In this document: one piece after another, positions 51,466 through 63,880 of the stretch
Layout of the letters: each line of letters starts with the position of its first letter
Numbering within the stretch: the stretch's first letter is position 1
NCBI RefSeq assembly: GCF_036321535.1
Contig: NC_087437.1
Location: 59,770,001 to 59,834,000 of the forward strand
Direction of reading: 5' to 3'
DNA length: 64,000 nucleotides
DNA from: Camelus dromedarius
Taxonomy: Eukaryota
The notes under the pieces: generated by a model
Seen by the model: the letters and a program-made list of their open reading frames with translations, nothing else
Told to the model about the DNA's origin: nothing
The model's database searches: none
Translations under genes and position numbers: made by a program

Positions 51466-54400
51466 AAATAAACAAGAATATTAAAAACATCAGTTAAGAA
51501 CCAGGGCATAGATGGGTTTTTAATCAGCCGTTCTTCTTTCTCTGTCACAATCCATTTTTGAATCTCCAAAAACCTGTATTACTTCCTGGAGGCATTTGCC
51601 AAAATTAAACTGCTACAGGCTGGATCCTGAGCTTCTGAATCACAGATGATTCTTATACCTGTTACAAGATGTTCTGTTCATTGGGTGAACCTCTTTTCTT
51701 TTGAGAGCCTAACCAGATGTTCTCTTATTTTACGCTTCCTTTTAAAAAACCAATCAGCTATCTAATCCTGAGTATGACATGGCTTGTGGACTGGAGACCT
51801 GCCCTGGCCCGTGCAGGTGGCTGGCGGGCACCTGTACTCACAGCTAATCACGTGCAATCCAGACAATCCATTTACTCACACATCTCTCTCAGGTTCTGGC
51901 TGGCTGTTTCAGTCCCCTCTGCACTGACAAAGCCTCGAAGGCTCTCTCTACTCCTTTTATACAAAAGCGTATTGCTTGTTCACCTGTACGATGCCTTTAA
52001 CCTTTGACAGGAGCTGAAAGGATGTGAGGTGTAAGTAGAGAGGTGGCCTGAAGGATCACTCTGTACTCCTCCCAAACCCTGCTGACATCTTGGCAGGAAG
52101 GCTGAAGAAACGTGGATGCCTCTCCTCTGCTTTGGTGATTCATTCTAAAAAGTCTGATTCATCTTTACGCCTTTACCTTGCTTAGATACTATCTTCCAGG
52201 CTGAGTGTTGAATAGTAATGAACTACAATTACATTTTTAGGAATGTGAAAACCTTGCTCGTTGCCGAGCCAAGTCAGAGTGCTAGAATTATACCTGCCTT
52301 CTTTACAGTTCCAAGTTCATGATTCTTGGGTCAAAGGGCATGAGATGGTCCTAGCAGTTAGGGAAGGGCTTCCCTTGCTTATAGTCTGTGCAGACACTGG
52401 GTTTCATTTTATTAAGGGAGAAAGTGTTTCCTTACAGGGCTCAAGAGGGGACCAAAGGGAACCGGAGAAGCAGCCAGATGCACTGGCACTCACTCCACGC
52501 TGCCCGACAGCAACGAGGCCCCATAAGCACCTCCACATTTCACATTTCTGAGAGTCCATCAGGACCAGCAAGCCTCAGAATGAGTGTTCATCTACAGAGG
52601 CAGGGACAGACAAATTTTTACATAGGCAGCAATTCTGGTTTCTCCTTTACAAACAGTGACAGAAAAGTTTCAAAGATGGGGACGCTGGGGATGGCTGGGT
52701 CCTGGATCAAATTGCTCCTACAGGCAGCTCCTTGAAGGGGCGGTGGCCAATCCTGCCACCCTCAAAACAGAAGACTATAGGAGTGCTCTATGATTGATAT
52801 AGTAAATGGCTCGTTTAAAGAAGTCACCCAACTCTGCGGTAGGAGGTAAGGCATTCATTTCAAACTCAAGTTCACTTTAAAAGCTTGATATTTCCACAAC
52901 AGCAGTTCTGCAACTAATCCAGAGGCAGAGGGCCTGGGCGCTGCATCTCCATTTCACTTAATCACCTGCAGAAATGCAGTCCTGCGGCTGAAGTGTGGAC
53001 CGAGGTGGCCGAGAGGCCACACTGAAATACCCCTCATGCTAAGCTGGTCATGCTTAACTCAGCCCTCGTCACACACTGCTTGTCACAGAAAGCCCCTCTT
53101 ATACATATGTCACTGTGGTTCAACTATGCTATTTGCCTTTTTTCACCAGAAAAGATCAATCTTTTGATCATCTATCAATCTTACAGATCAATCTTTTTTG
53201 CTGCCTAGATCACAGATGAGAGTCTTTCAATGAGATGTTTATTTGGCAAAGGAAACAAGCTGCAGTAATGCAAAGAAGGACAGTCCTCCTGGGCCCATCA
53301 CCCTTTGCTGGGCCTCAGCTGGAGCACCTGCGCAGGCGCCCTCCCAGAGGAGCCATGTGAGGAGGCAGTCCCACCACCTCGGCTGCCAGCTTCCGGAGGA
53401 TGGGGTCTAGTTTCTCTCTGCTGCTCAGCCAGGCCCACGGCAAAAGCCCACTGGGTGAGTTTTCTGTTTGTGCACAGAGCCAGGTCCACCCTTAGCCCAC
53501 TTCCTGGAGGCTCTGCCAGGACAGCACAGCACAGCCCACAGCCCTTCCAAGAGACCTTCCAGAGCAAAGACAGAAGCGTGACGCGCACACACATCTTAGA
53601 ATTCTGAGGCACAATGTGAAACTGAGGGTGACGGGGGCCACACAGTGAAGTTCCCAGATCCTGCAGACGCTTTGTGGCTCGTCCAAGGGAAGCCTCTAAA
53701 CAGCAGCACAGACCTAGTGTTTGAGTCTTTACTGAGTTTCATCTGCCCTAGTTCCCTCACGCGTTAATCTCCTTGGAAGCAGGAATCACGCCTTCTACCT
53801 CATAATTCCTCAAAGCCCCTAATCCTGCGGCTCGCACATGATGAACAGAGTAAAACTCGAGACCAACAATGTTTGCTGTGGATTATCTTTAAAAGGAAGA
53901 AGTGAAAGCAATTTCTATTAGAACACGAGTGATGGGACTGTGGACCCTTACTTAACAGCTGGCCAAAACACTGTTGAGGAAGCAATGATTGAACAACTGT
54001 TCCTTCACATATTCAGCCAACACCTACTAAGTGCCTGCACGTGGTCTGCACACCCTAAAGAGAACATGCAACGTGGCCCCGCCCCACGCACTCACTCTTC
54101 CAAGGACGTCTGTGTCGGGTACTGTGCCAGGGGTCTTTTTCATTGACTCAGTATTGCCAGAGGACCCCTAATGCACAGGGTGACAGGAGAGCAGAAATGA
54201 GTTGTGTTTTCAGAGAAGGGACGCCCCTCACACGTCAACCAGGACCTCGTCTCAGCCTGAGCGCGGCCTTCGGGAGCCTCCCTGACTCCCGTGGCCTTCA
54301 GGTGACCTCGGGATGTTCACAGCTTCCCCGGGGACACAGTCATCAGAGAGGAAACAGTTTTACATTAACAGTAACACAGTTCTACTTGGGTTCTTCTGAA

Positions 54401-55139
54401 TACAGCTTTTTGTTTTAAAATACATTTTCCCAGTGTTGTCATTAAAAAATAACAACCTTATAAAAGATATTTTTGCCTCTACCCTAGGGCGGGTATTTCT
54501 CTCCCCTTTTATTAGTGATTCCTGTTGGGGCCACACCACTGCCTCCAGGTCACACGAGCTATGCACACGAGCCAGCCCTGCCCTCTAGTTCCCAAGGAGT
54601 GAAGGAACACAAGGCTTCTCTGTCAGTCACTATTGGAAAAGGTGGCAGGCTTTGCTCTCTCTACTCAGATTTAACTCTAATAGAAACTGACAAGTTCAAT
54701 CTTGGTTAATTTTTTAAAGAAAGATGAGAACAAGAGCCAAGAAGTTCATCCTCAGATGTCAGCGGGAAGAAGAAAATCTACTACCTTTCATCTCCAAGTC
54801 CTCTGCTTACTCATCCTGAAATGATGCCAGCGGCAGGGTTCCCTTAAAAAGCAGAGCTCCATGCCTAGCGAACAATGGACCTGAATTTATATGGGCTGTA
54901 AAGCCTTCCAGACACCGCTGTTCCATTAACATCCTGACATAAGACAATCTGGACAGGGATGGAAAACACTGCTTGGCTGAATGTTAGAGCTGTGTCTGTC
55001 TTCCTCCCTCAGACAAACTCAGTTCAGACTGGGGAACCTGAAAACAAAATGACACCATAGGTTCATACAACCTCCTCAGCTCCAAACCCAGCAACAGCAC
55101 GCTGAATTGGGTTTTAGTTTTTTGTTTTTTTTTTTAATA

Positions 55140-55630
55140 ATAGATTTTAAATGATACCTATCGATAAAATGGTGTGCTGTGTGGGTCTGATTCAAAATAA
55201 TGGGGGCAGCAGGAGAGGAGAAGAGGAAAAGTGCATGGGAGGAGAGATAAAACAAGGTTGGCTAAGGGTTGATAATTATTGAAGCTCCATGAATGTTATA
55301 CTACTGAAGCACCCAGAGCACTACGTGATTCGGTCTACCTTTGTCTATGTTACAAATTTTCCAAAATAAAAAGTAAAAAAAATTATATTGGGAGACTAGC
55401 AGTGTTAAATGAATATTGAGTTAGGTATAAGGATGGCCAAGATACACTTTAGTGAACAAAGATGCACAAGGGTATATAAAGTGAGTGCACTTACACCCAC
55501 ATGCACGCACACGCACAATTGACAAATCTGTAGAAAATTTCTGGAAAAATAATAATCCTTGTATATTGTTTGAGTTTTTAATGAAAATGTATTACTTTTA
55601 TATAATAATGTTTTGAATTCAAGGAATGCA
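55140..55630 (+). mobile_element. Old L1ME-type 3' fragments
   Basis: gggttgataattattgaagct...ctacctttgtctatgttacaaattttccaaaataaaaag, followed by a second degraded segment. Confidence 0.6.
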
Positions 55631-56269
55631 GCAGAGGAAAGGAAATAGTAGGGATGAAAAATGAGATGAACACTCCATGGACCAGAAATGGGACAGAAAC
55701 CACACTGGAGATCAGAGCCAGAGTCCAGAAGCAGGTAGTGGCCAGAAGTTCGCCCTCTGTAGGGCCCTGGAATAGCCCAGGCTCCCAGCCAGGCTCCCAG
55801 TGTGAAATGGGACAGGCAGTTTGTCCTTCTCATGTCCCCCCCTCCCCCTCTTCTTTTCTTACTTCTCTGCTGCAGTCTTCTACATGCACTTCTTCTGCGT
55901 CCTTGAGCTCCTGAGGCACGTTAAAACTTCACTCCATTATTGTGGACTCATTGTTTTCTCCTTGTAATACTGTCAGTTTCTGTTCTGCAAATACCTTATA
56001 TTGCTTAGGGTATGTGGTAAAAGTATAAAAACCAGCCTCTGTAGGTACTAAATTCATGATGGTGGTTTCCTCAGGGGAAGGAGGGGAACACAGCACCAAC
56101 TCCCTAGCTGCAAGGAGTCCAGGAAATAGTCTCCAGCCTTTTTGTCTTCCATAAAGAGAGGCAGGCTTATATGACAGGAAATTCCTCAAACATAGGAAGG
56201 GGATTTCAGATGCTGAGAAGCCAAAATGTATCAGCACTATTTATGTTATCAGTTGCTCCAAACTTACAT

Positions 56270-56560
56270 ACCATAAGGACACTGGGGCTCAGAGGTTAAG
56301 GGACTTCCCTAGCGTCACAGAGCTAGTAAGTGGTTGAGCTGGGACAGGATAAAACTGCCACCAACAATAGGGAGTGCTGTTCTGCACCAGGCACATTGTC
56401 TAATTTAGCCTCCAATCCACTCCACAGTATATAGTATTATGCAGTGCTATGATCTCCAGGTCTCAGCTAAAGAAACGGAAGCTCAGAGAGGTCAAGATAT
56501 TTGCCCAAACTCACAGAGCCGTGAGTGGCAGAGGTGGTGCCAGTCCACGCCCTCCACTCC
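56270..56560 (-). mobile_element. Two tandem MIR fragments
   Basis: ggggctcagaggttaagggacttccc...gtcacagagctagtaagtgg and aaagaaacggaagctcagagaggtcaagatatttgcccaa. Confidence 0.75.
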
Positions 56561-57159
56561 TACCTCTGTGCTAGTCCCCACTTCCTTGCCAGCACCCCTG
56601 ACAGCCCCACACTGGTTCCAGGAATGGGACAAGGGAGCCTGCAAATAAGCTGGACATTTTCATTTCAAGCATCTGGAAAGAGGCTAGGCTGGCACAAATG
56701 TGACCAATAAAAACCACGTGACCTAAAAAGGTGAAAGAGTGGACACTATTAAAATTCTCACCACAAAAGCAAATTCCTGCCTGGTGGCGTGTTATTAGCA
56801 GCTGACAGGATTAGCCTGCTGCTTCCACCTCGTGGTGGGTTTGGGCTCAAACCAGCACACAGCCGGCCTGCGGAGCCAAGGGAGAATGAACCACAAGCCA
56901 TGGCCCCCGCCCTGCAGAGGGGTAGGTGAACCGCAGGCCTGGTCCTCACAGAGACTTGGAGGGCTGCCTCCCACCCTCCCACCCTCCCACCCTCTCGCTT
57001 GTCTCCTTCCCAAGCTTCACCTGCACACCCTCTGTTCCTGCTCACTCAAGGATCTTACAGAAAAGCCAGATCATTCTCTTCTGCTAAAAAGGAAGGGTTT
57101 TAACTCTTGGGTAGGGATAGAAATGCCACAGCTATTAGCAAGAAAGTAAAAGGAAAAAA

Positions 57160-57328
57160 ATCAACAGGATACTCAGTTAAATTTAAATTTCATATAAGCA
57201 ACAAATGCTTGTTTTGTGTAAGTATATCCCCATGCAATATTTGGGATATACTTACATAAAACAATTACTTGTAGTTTATCTGAAACTCGATTTAATTGGG
57301 TGTCCTGTATTTTAAATAGTAACCCTAC
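57160..57328. mobile_element. MER53 palindromic hAT MITE
   Basis: acaggatactcagttaaatttaaatttca...taagtatatccccatgcaatatttgggatatactta...tctgaaactcgatttaattgggtgtcctgtatttt...aacccta is self-complementary and matches the recalled MER53 consensus. Confidence 0.9.
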
Positions 57329-57469
57329 ATGGCTGGTGGTGGAATAGAGGAGGAGGTACACAGAAAAACGAATCATCTGGAAGAAAAAGCACAAAAAGGA
57401 GTGTGACAACTCAGGGAGAGAGAGAGGGAGGAAACGCTCTTTACCAAGGGTCTCTTTTACACTGGAAAC

Positions 57470-57650
57470 TTCCACGTGCATTATTTCATTTGCGTTTTCC
57501 AGTAATTCTGTGCATCAGATATATTTATCCCCATTTATGAATCAAAACACAGAGGTTCAGAGAATAGGGTTAATTGCAAGTTGTCACACGGGTAATTCAT
57601 GAAAGGTAGCACTGAAACCCACAGCTTCTGAGCATAACCCGAGTGCGATT
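57470..57650 (-). mobile_element. MIR SINE, degraded
   Basis: tgcattatttcattt...ttatccccattt...gaggttcagaga...ttgtcacac. Confidence 0.55.
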
Positions 57651-60194
57651 TGTTCTACACATGGTTGCTCTGCCTGCTGATACACCTTTATAATTTTTAC
57701 AGGTTGTACACAAAGTGGGTCCAATGGTTTTCTTTACTTTTCTAATACGTAAGGAAGTAAATTCCAAATCACATCCTGGAGTAACACATATTTGCAAAAT
57801 ACGGCTATTTATGGAGAGCACTCTATTTTTACAGAGAAAGCCCTAGACCCTTCTCTCCGTTTGGCCACTTATCTCAACTAACCACATTGCCAAAGAGGAC
57901 CTGTTCAGTGCTCTAGTTCTCTCACAAAGAGGCAGAGAAAAGAGTCAAGACAGAAAGGACAATATTCCACCCAAGATGAACACTGCTCCCCAGTTCTCAG
58001 ATGGTGAAGATCATGGCTTTTTGACTCAAGAGAACATTACAGGGACCCAAGAGAAAAAGGCTCCTCTCACCATCTCAGCATCCCATGAGCCATCAGTCTC
58101 CCGAAAACACAGTTGCTTTGGTGTTATGTTTGGAGGGGGGCAATTGTTTAAAAAAAAAAAAAGAAAGAAAGAAAAAAGCTATTTATCAAAAGGACAGTGG
58201 GAAATACTTTCTCCCCCAATCCCTCAAGCTTCTAACACTCATGGCACACAATCAAAGGGAAACAGCCATAAAAATGACTTAATACGTGACTTTTTTGAGG
58301 TACAGTAACTGTTAGACAAGTGGCTATAAAAATAACACAGCTGAGGAGGTCCAAATTTATTCCTGCTTAGTGAATCTCCAGATCAAAATGTGCTCCGTTA
58401 ATCACTCAAGTTTTGCTTTTGTGCTGTTTTGTTTCTAAATTTTCCTTTCTTTTCACAGATGCTAGCAGATTCCACTGATGATAAATACCTTGCCTGGCTC
58501 ACTGTCCACACTCTGAGAGACCACGTGGTGGTTGGGTCCCGAGGCCACGTGCTCGGGGAGCACTCAGGGAGGCGCAAGTACCCACAGAGGTGGCCAGATG
58601 GCCATGAGGTGCCCAAGCTACGATGGCCAAGTCCTCGGAGATGGGGCTGGGACTGTTCACCAGACAGCTGACTGTGCCTGCCCCTGCTCAGGCCCTGTTT
58701 CCTCACTCCCCTGCCTTCACCCCCTCTTCTGCTCCTCCCACCCCTCCCCACAAACACACGCACACCCGGCACAGGCTCCAAACTGGCAGACAACTAACAC
58801 TCAATCTCTTGGGCCACTGGAGTCTCCAGTTTTCTTGTGGAAGATGGCAAAAAACCCAGTCCATTCTTGTGTGCCCCAGCCAGCACCACACTGTGTGTTC
58901 CCAGCCCCAGCCCAGACAGACGGCAAATATTCAAAGGCAATCACCAGAGCCGGTGGGACACAGATGAGCGCAAGGCGTCATTTACAGACTTAATTATTAG
59001 AGGCCTTTAGAAATATTTCAGCTGGAGAGGAAGGGAAGGGGGAAGAACACTTAAAGGCCTTTTAATTTCTGTTGATTCTGAGGGCACAAGCAAGATTTGG
59101 GGGACCTGCCAGCAGCCCTGCTGCAGGAGTCTCACCTTTCTCGCTGTACAGAATGATAACTAAAGAATCTGAAGGTGAGACAAACTCAGTTTCATTTTGG
59201 ATCTAAAATCTTTCCAAGATTTCTTTTGAGAAGGCCAATTAATCTGATTTAAGTTTCACTGTTGGTATGATCCTGGACCTACAGAAAACATCAATTCTGG
59301 CCAATACCATTCAAATTAAGTGCGATCAGTTTTCCATTTCTATTACACGAGAAGATTCCAGACTACAGCTTGAAGGTCTCAGGGCTCTAACTGTACTTAA
59401 TAGTAAGCCTGGTTTAAAGACCCCCGGGCACTGGCCCCACGGAGCAGTGAGGAACTCACCAGCCGACAGGCAGCCTCAGGATGAGGAAAGAGGATGCAGA
59501 AATGCTTGGGATCACAAATGCCAGCGCTGGAGGAGGGAGGTCTCAGAGCCCGGCTGCTCCCATTCTCACCTTGGGGAGCCCAGGCTCCATGAGGTGGCCA
59601 AGCTGGGATCTGCACATAGGACTTCAGACTCTCAGCTCGGTGCTCCTTCCATCTCCTCCCTTTGTTAAATCAGGAACCCCAGACATAAGACACCTTGCAT
59701 GAAGGTAAGGGAAGGAGGCGGGGAGGCTGCTGTGAGTACAGCGGCAGGTGTTTGCCCAAACCTCCCCCCTCCGCTCTATGGCAGGGCAAGGGGCTCTACT
59801 CTGTGATCTAGGGCAACTAGTGAGAGGATTATGTAAGGAAGAACAGCCCACAAGGCCCAGGAGCTATCAACTCGTTCAGAGGCCTTGCAGGAATTTCCTG
59901 TTATGTGATCTGGGACTTCCAAATAACTACAACCAAGCTGAGGCTGTCAGTCTCCTCTCTCTTAGGGGAAATGCATGTTCTTGAGTCACTAGTTGCCTGT
60001 GCCCAAACTCTCCAAAGGCCGGGCTTAGCTCCAAGAATGCCCACAGGGAGCCAGCATGAGGGTCTGCGTGGAGAACAAAGAGTGGGCCAGCTCCAGGCTC
60101 TGGGTGAGCTATGGCTCTGCCCAGAGGAGGAGAGTCAGCAACGTGAAACTCTCCACGACCAGAGTCACAAAACCCGGCAGGTGCTTCTGCTCTT

Positions 60195-60735
60195 CCTTTT
60201 CTTTTTAATTTTTTTAAATTGTCAGACATCTATTACACACAAAGGAGCACACACACATGTACAGCCACTCAAGCCGAGCATGAAAGCACTGCAGCCCTTG
60301 GGAGGCAAACCCCCAGCCACGTCCGCCTCCCACCACCACTCCACCCGCGGCAGAGTGAGCTGTCATGTTGGCGTTTAGGAATCATCATTTCCTTAGTTTT
60401 CTTGTATTTTTTAACCACTTGTGTATACTTTCCTGAAGAGTACAGTTCAGTTTTGCCCATCAGTGCATGTAGCCAGGGTCTGTACATTTTTAACTTTATA
60501 TAGTACTCAACTGGATAAATATATCTTATTTATCTATTCTGCTGTCTGTGAGCACTGAAGCTGTTTCAGTTTGGGCTACTACAAACAATGCCATAATGAA
60601 TACTCTCGAACGCATCTCCTGGTTCTCAGGCGCCGGAGTTTCTCCACGACGTACACCTGACAAGGCCACACAGCAGCCCTAGAATGTGCTCTTCACTCAA
60701 CTAGGTGATGCCAATCTGTGTTCCAAAGCTGTGCT
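60195..60735 (-). mobile_element. Old L1ME-type fragment, sense to XXYLT1
   Basis: T-rich start, then tttcagtttgggctactacaaacaatgcc...aatctgtgttccaaag; reverse complement of an L1 3' region. Confidence 0.55.
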
Positions 60736-61171
60736 GCCTCCCCCTCCCTGAAAGACACTCATAAATGCACTCCACTTACACAGAGAAGGGGTCGCTGGTG
60801 ACTCAAGCGCCTAGAAAACCTAGCTCATCACCAGACTAGCCATATAAAGCTATACCTTGACACCTCCTCTGTAAGGCAAAGCCCAAGACTTTAAAATTCT
60901 GAGCCAAACCAGAACCAGCAACCCAAATGGCAGGGCTTTCCACAAGAAAAATGTCACAAACTCCCCCAAATGAATGAGGTAGCACCAACAGCTTTGGTGC
61001 AGACCCACCTGCCCATACTCTTAACTGTAAGCAACTAGTACAAATGTGTCCCTGAGATACTCAAGGCAGAAAGACTGCAGAGCAATAACTCTCAATGTAA
61101 CGAGGGCGGTGAGGGAGAGTGGTAAGGGGGGAGGGGGTCCTAGAGGCCGCCCGCCTGCAGCCGCCACATAC

Positions 61172-61304
61172 CTGTACACGGGCTGCATCTCCCTTGCGAT
61201 GCCGATGACGGCGCCTGGCAGGAAGTTGTCAAACTCCTCAAACAATTCCCGGATGTTGGTCTTATACTTTAGGTCTAGGTCCAGCTGAATTATCCGCAGG
61301 ATCT
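61172..61304 (-). CDS. XXYLT1: Internal coding exon (133 bp; probably exon 3) of xyloside xylosyltransferase 1, containing the DXD (DLD) motif
   Basis: Minus-strand translation (E)ILRIIQLDLDLKYKTNIRELFEEFDNFLPGAVIGIAREMQPVY(R) matches the XXYLT1 protein as I recall it. Acceptor cttttctttcctccag| precedes 61304 and donor TACAG|gtatgt follows 61172. Phase 1 in, phase 2 out. DLD codons lie at 61281-61273. It sits inside track ORF 61021..61470, whose flanks are intron read-through. Confidence 0.96.
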
Positions 61305-61550
61305 CTGGAGGAAAGAAAAGGACAACAATGAGACAGACACTCATCCTGGGAGGCTCAGCCACTGTTAGAAAATGAAGTGGAATCTGCAGAAAAGGGTACT
61401 GGGTTATTCTTGCTGTCACCCAATAATGCAAAGATACCACTGGAAACAAAGCTCCTTCGTCTCCCAGCAACCCCCGACTCCCTAGAAGTCTTCATCAACA
61501 ATCGCCCCATAGCTTTCCTTCCAATTGCAGACATACATTTTCTGTAAAAC

Positions 61551-61661
61551 TAGGTGACCAGATCTTCCAGTTTAGGTCACCGTCCTGGTGTAACTGTCAA
61601 CAGAGCACCACTGAATTCCCCAAAGTATCTGATTTGGATGCTATGGTACACGGACACCCTT
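61551..61661. mobile_element. MER94-like hAT-Blackjack MITE
   Basis: taggtgacca...gtcctggtgtaa...caaagtatctgatttggatg...ggacaccct; same family as 50152-50284. Confidence 0.6.
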
Positions 61662-62179
61662 TAAAACTCAAAGCACACAGGTGTTTCTCTTTGGGGCACA
61701 AGTAGTAAATCTCCCCCAAGGGAAAGAGAAGTAAAAACCATTATTGCTTCAGGCCCTGATCAGTACGTTCTGCAGGCCTGGGTATGTGTCAAGTTAGGAT
61801 GCTGACCCAGAGAGAAACAGTTGAAAGACCCCAGATGCTGTTTTGTTTTAATCCATTGTCTGGAAGACTAACTAAGCTATAATTAGACAGACTGAGCCTC
61901 ACAATTACCTGGCTCATAAGAGCTGTTTGCTTCCACTGCCTCCAGGTGACTCAGGGATGAGAAAGGGAGGAGAGAGGAGCAAAGTTCATTCTCCATCCTT
62001 CACCCAAAGCCTGTTTGAGCTCCTGGGTGGGCGGTGCTAGCAGAGGACCACACATCAGGCTGCCGGGATCCCGCCCTCAGGGGGAGACACCAGGTAACTG
62101 AAAACAGAGAGGGGGTACCTAGTACTGACCTGAACTAGAAGAGAGGCTGCTCGGGGTTATGACAAGAGAGAGTAAGCAC

Positions 62180-62340
62180 TAAGGGCAGCTCTGGCCTGGG
62201 AATCAGATCACGTGAGTGCAGACACCAGTTCTGCTGCTGATTAATTCTGTGACCCTGGGGAAATTATCTTACTTCTCTAAACCTCAGTTGTCTCATTTGT
62301 TAAAGCGCAGATGACACGATGTGCCGCGTGAGGCTGTGAC
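62180..62340 (+). mobile_element. MIR SINE
   Basis: gctctgg...cagttctgct...tgtgaccctggggaaatta...ctctaaacctcagttgtctcatttgt. Confidence 0.7.
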
Positions 62341-63669
62341 GCCGAGAAGACCAGGTAATGGGGAGACATATCTCACACACCCAGGCTGCATACGCTACAG
62401 GGATCCTGGGTCTGCAGCGTAGGGGACTCGACTGAGCCTAAGGCAGTCAAGGAAGACGTGACAGAAACGGGGAGCTCGGCAGGGAGGAGGGGTGAAGTCA
62501 CACTACCACCCATCCAGAGCTCTGGGCTCCATCCTTGGCTCTCCACCAGCCTTTCACGCTGGCCCAGCCATGGGGCATGATGCTGGGATGCTATCATGGA
62601 AGCCCCCTGAAGACAGGGACCCCATCTTTGGCATCTCGGCCTCCATCCACTCACAGTGCAGGGCATGGCATTCAGTAAACGCTCAGGAACGTTTGTGGAG
62701 CTCAATAGCCATCCTCTAAATTAGTGTATGAAGAAATCACAGCTTATGATTCAAGAAAAACTGTTTCATTTGTTCCTGTTATATTTTCCTTTGTGACACA
62801 GAACCAAAACACGAGTTGGCATCCCATATGAGTTTTCCGAAAAAAGCAAGTGCCAGTAGGTGAGACTCCAGCTGCCCGGACCAGAGGACAGGGAGAGGGC
62901 AGCAGGCTTCTCTCTGGCCCCGGCAGGAGCAGGTACAGGAGGACGGGCCCCCAGGCCAGGGTGACCCGGCGGCCGGCCTGCCTTCACACGGCCCACCCCA
63001 CACGTAAATGTGAGTAGAACTGCCGCTCTCCCTCCTGCACTGAAGACAACACTCAGGATGACCACCACCCAGAAACCAGGAACGGTGATGATCTGAGAGC
63101 CTGGAGGTCGAGAAGCCCTGCGGTGACGTGGCTGTCTCCCAGGGAGCTGCCTTAAACCAGGAAGGAGAAGAGAGGCCGCAGGCTGGAGTCTCAGTGCCCC
63201 TGCTGTTCTCAGGTGGCGCTGGGGAACAGAGGGAAGGAACCTGATGGTGACCTTAGGGAAGGACACTGTGTCCCAGGGGAGAATGCCCAGGCGTAAGAGT
63301 TGCAGCATCAAGAAGTCATGATGGGGAGGCCCCACCGCACACACCAGGCTCCAGCCCTCTCTCTCCTTTCTGTCCACCTCCTGTGCCCCGAGCTCCCACA
63401 TCCAGGGTCTCAGGCAGCTCTTCACGAAGTACAGCAGAGCCCTCATGAGACAGGGACAGGATGGCACCATCATCTGGAGCAGAGCAACCCCATCATAGCA
63501 GCAGAGAAGGACAAGGGTGCTTGACTTGGAGATGGGGTTCTCAGGGGTGTGTGGTGGCAGTTTTGTGGCGTCATCAGGGCTATGAAAGAAAGGGAAATTG
63601 CATCCTCACGGCCTTGCAAGTACTTCTGATAATATCAACGATGGCCACACAGAAGCACCTCTTCTCTGA

Positions 63670-63880
63670 GTGGTTTTTAAGTGTCCAGCACTATTACACA
63701 GGCAATAGCTTACTTCTCGTAACCACCCAAATGTTAAATGAAGTTATCCCCATGTTTGGATGAAGAAATAGAGGCTTAGAAAGGTGAAAAACAATAGTCC
63801 AAGGTCCCACAACAAACAAATGTCAGAGCTGGGATGTAAACCCAGGTCTGTTGGACTTGAAAGGCCAGCATCTCTTCCCA
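63670..63880 (-). mobile_element. MIR SINE
   Basis: ttatccccat...gatgaagaaatagaggcttagaaagg...ccaaggtcccaca...cagagctgggatgtaaacccaggtctg. Confidence 0.75.

Larger units (their letters stand above)
1..61171 (-). other. XXYLT1: Long XXYLT1 intron downstream of the exon; continues beyond the window start
   Basis: Begins with GTATGT at 61171 on the minus strand. The expected next coding segment (HTFWQFR...) appears in no ORF of the track. Content is repeat-rich non-coding DNA. Confidence 0.85.

Noticed and set aside
61021..61470. 149-aa minus-strand ORF as a complete gene
   Set aside because: Only 61172-61304 is XXYLT1-like and bounded by splice sites; the rest is intron read in frame
63203..63222. 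CTCF-like motif ctcaggtggcgctg (similar partial matches near 33757 and 42910)
   Set aside because: Partial matches are expected by chance in GC-rich DNA and cannot be supported without ChIP or conservation data
62766..63473. Longest ORF in the track (235 aa, minus strand)
   Set aside because: No recognisable domain or XXYLT1 similarity; Pro/Gly/Leu/Ala-rich composition is typical of chance ORFs in GC-rich intron
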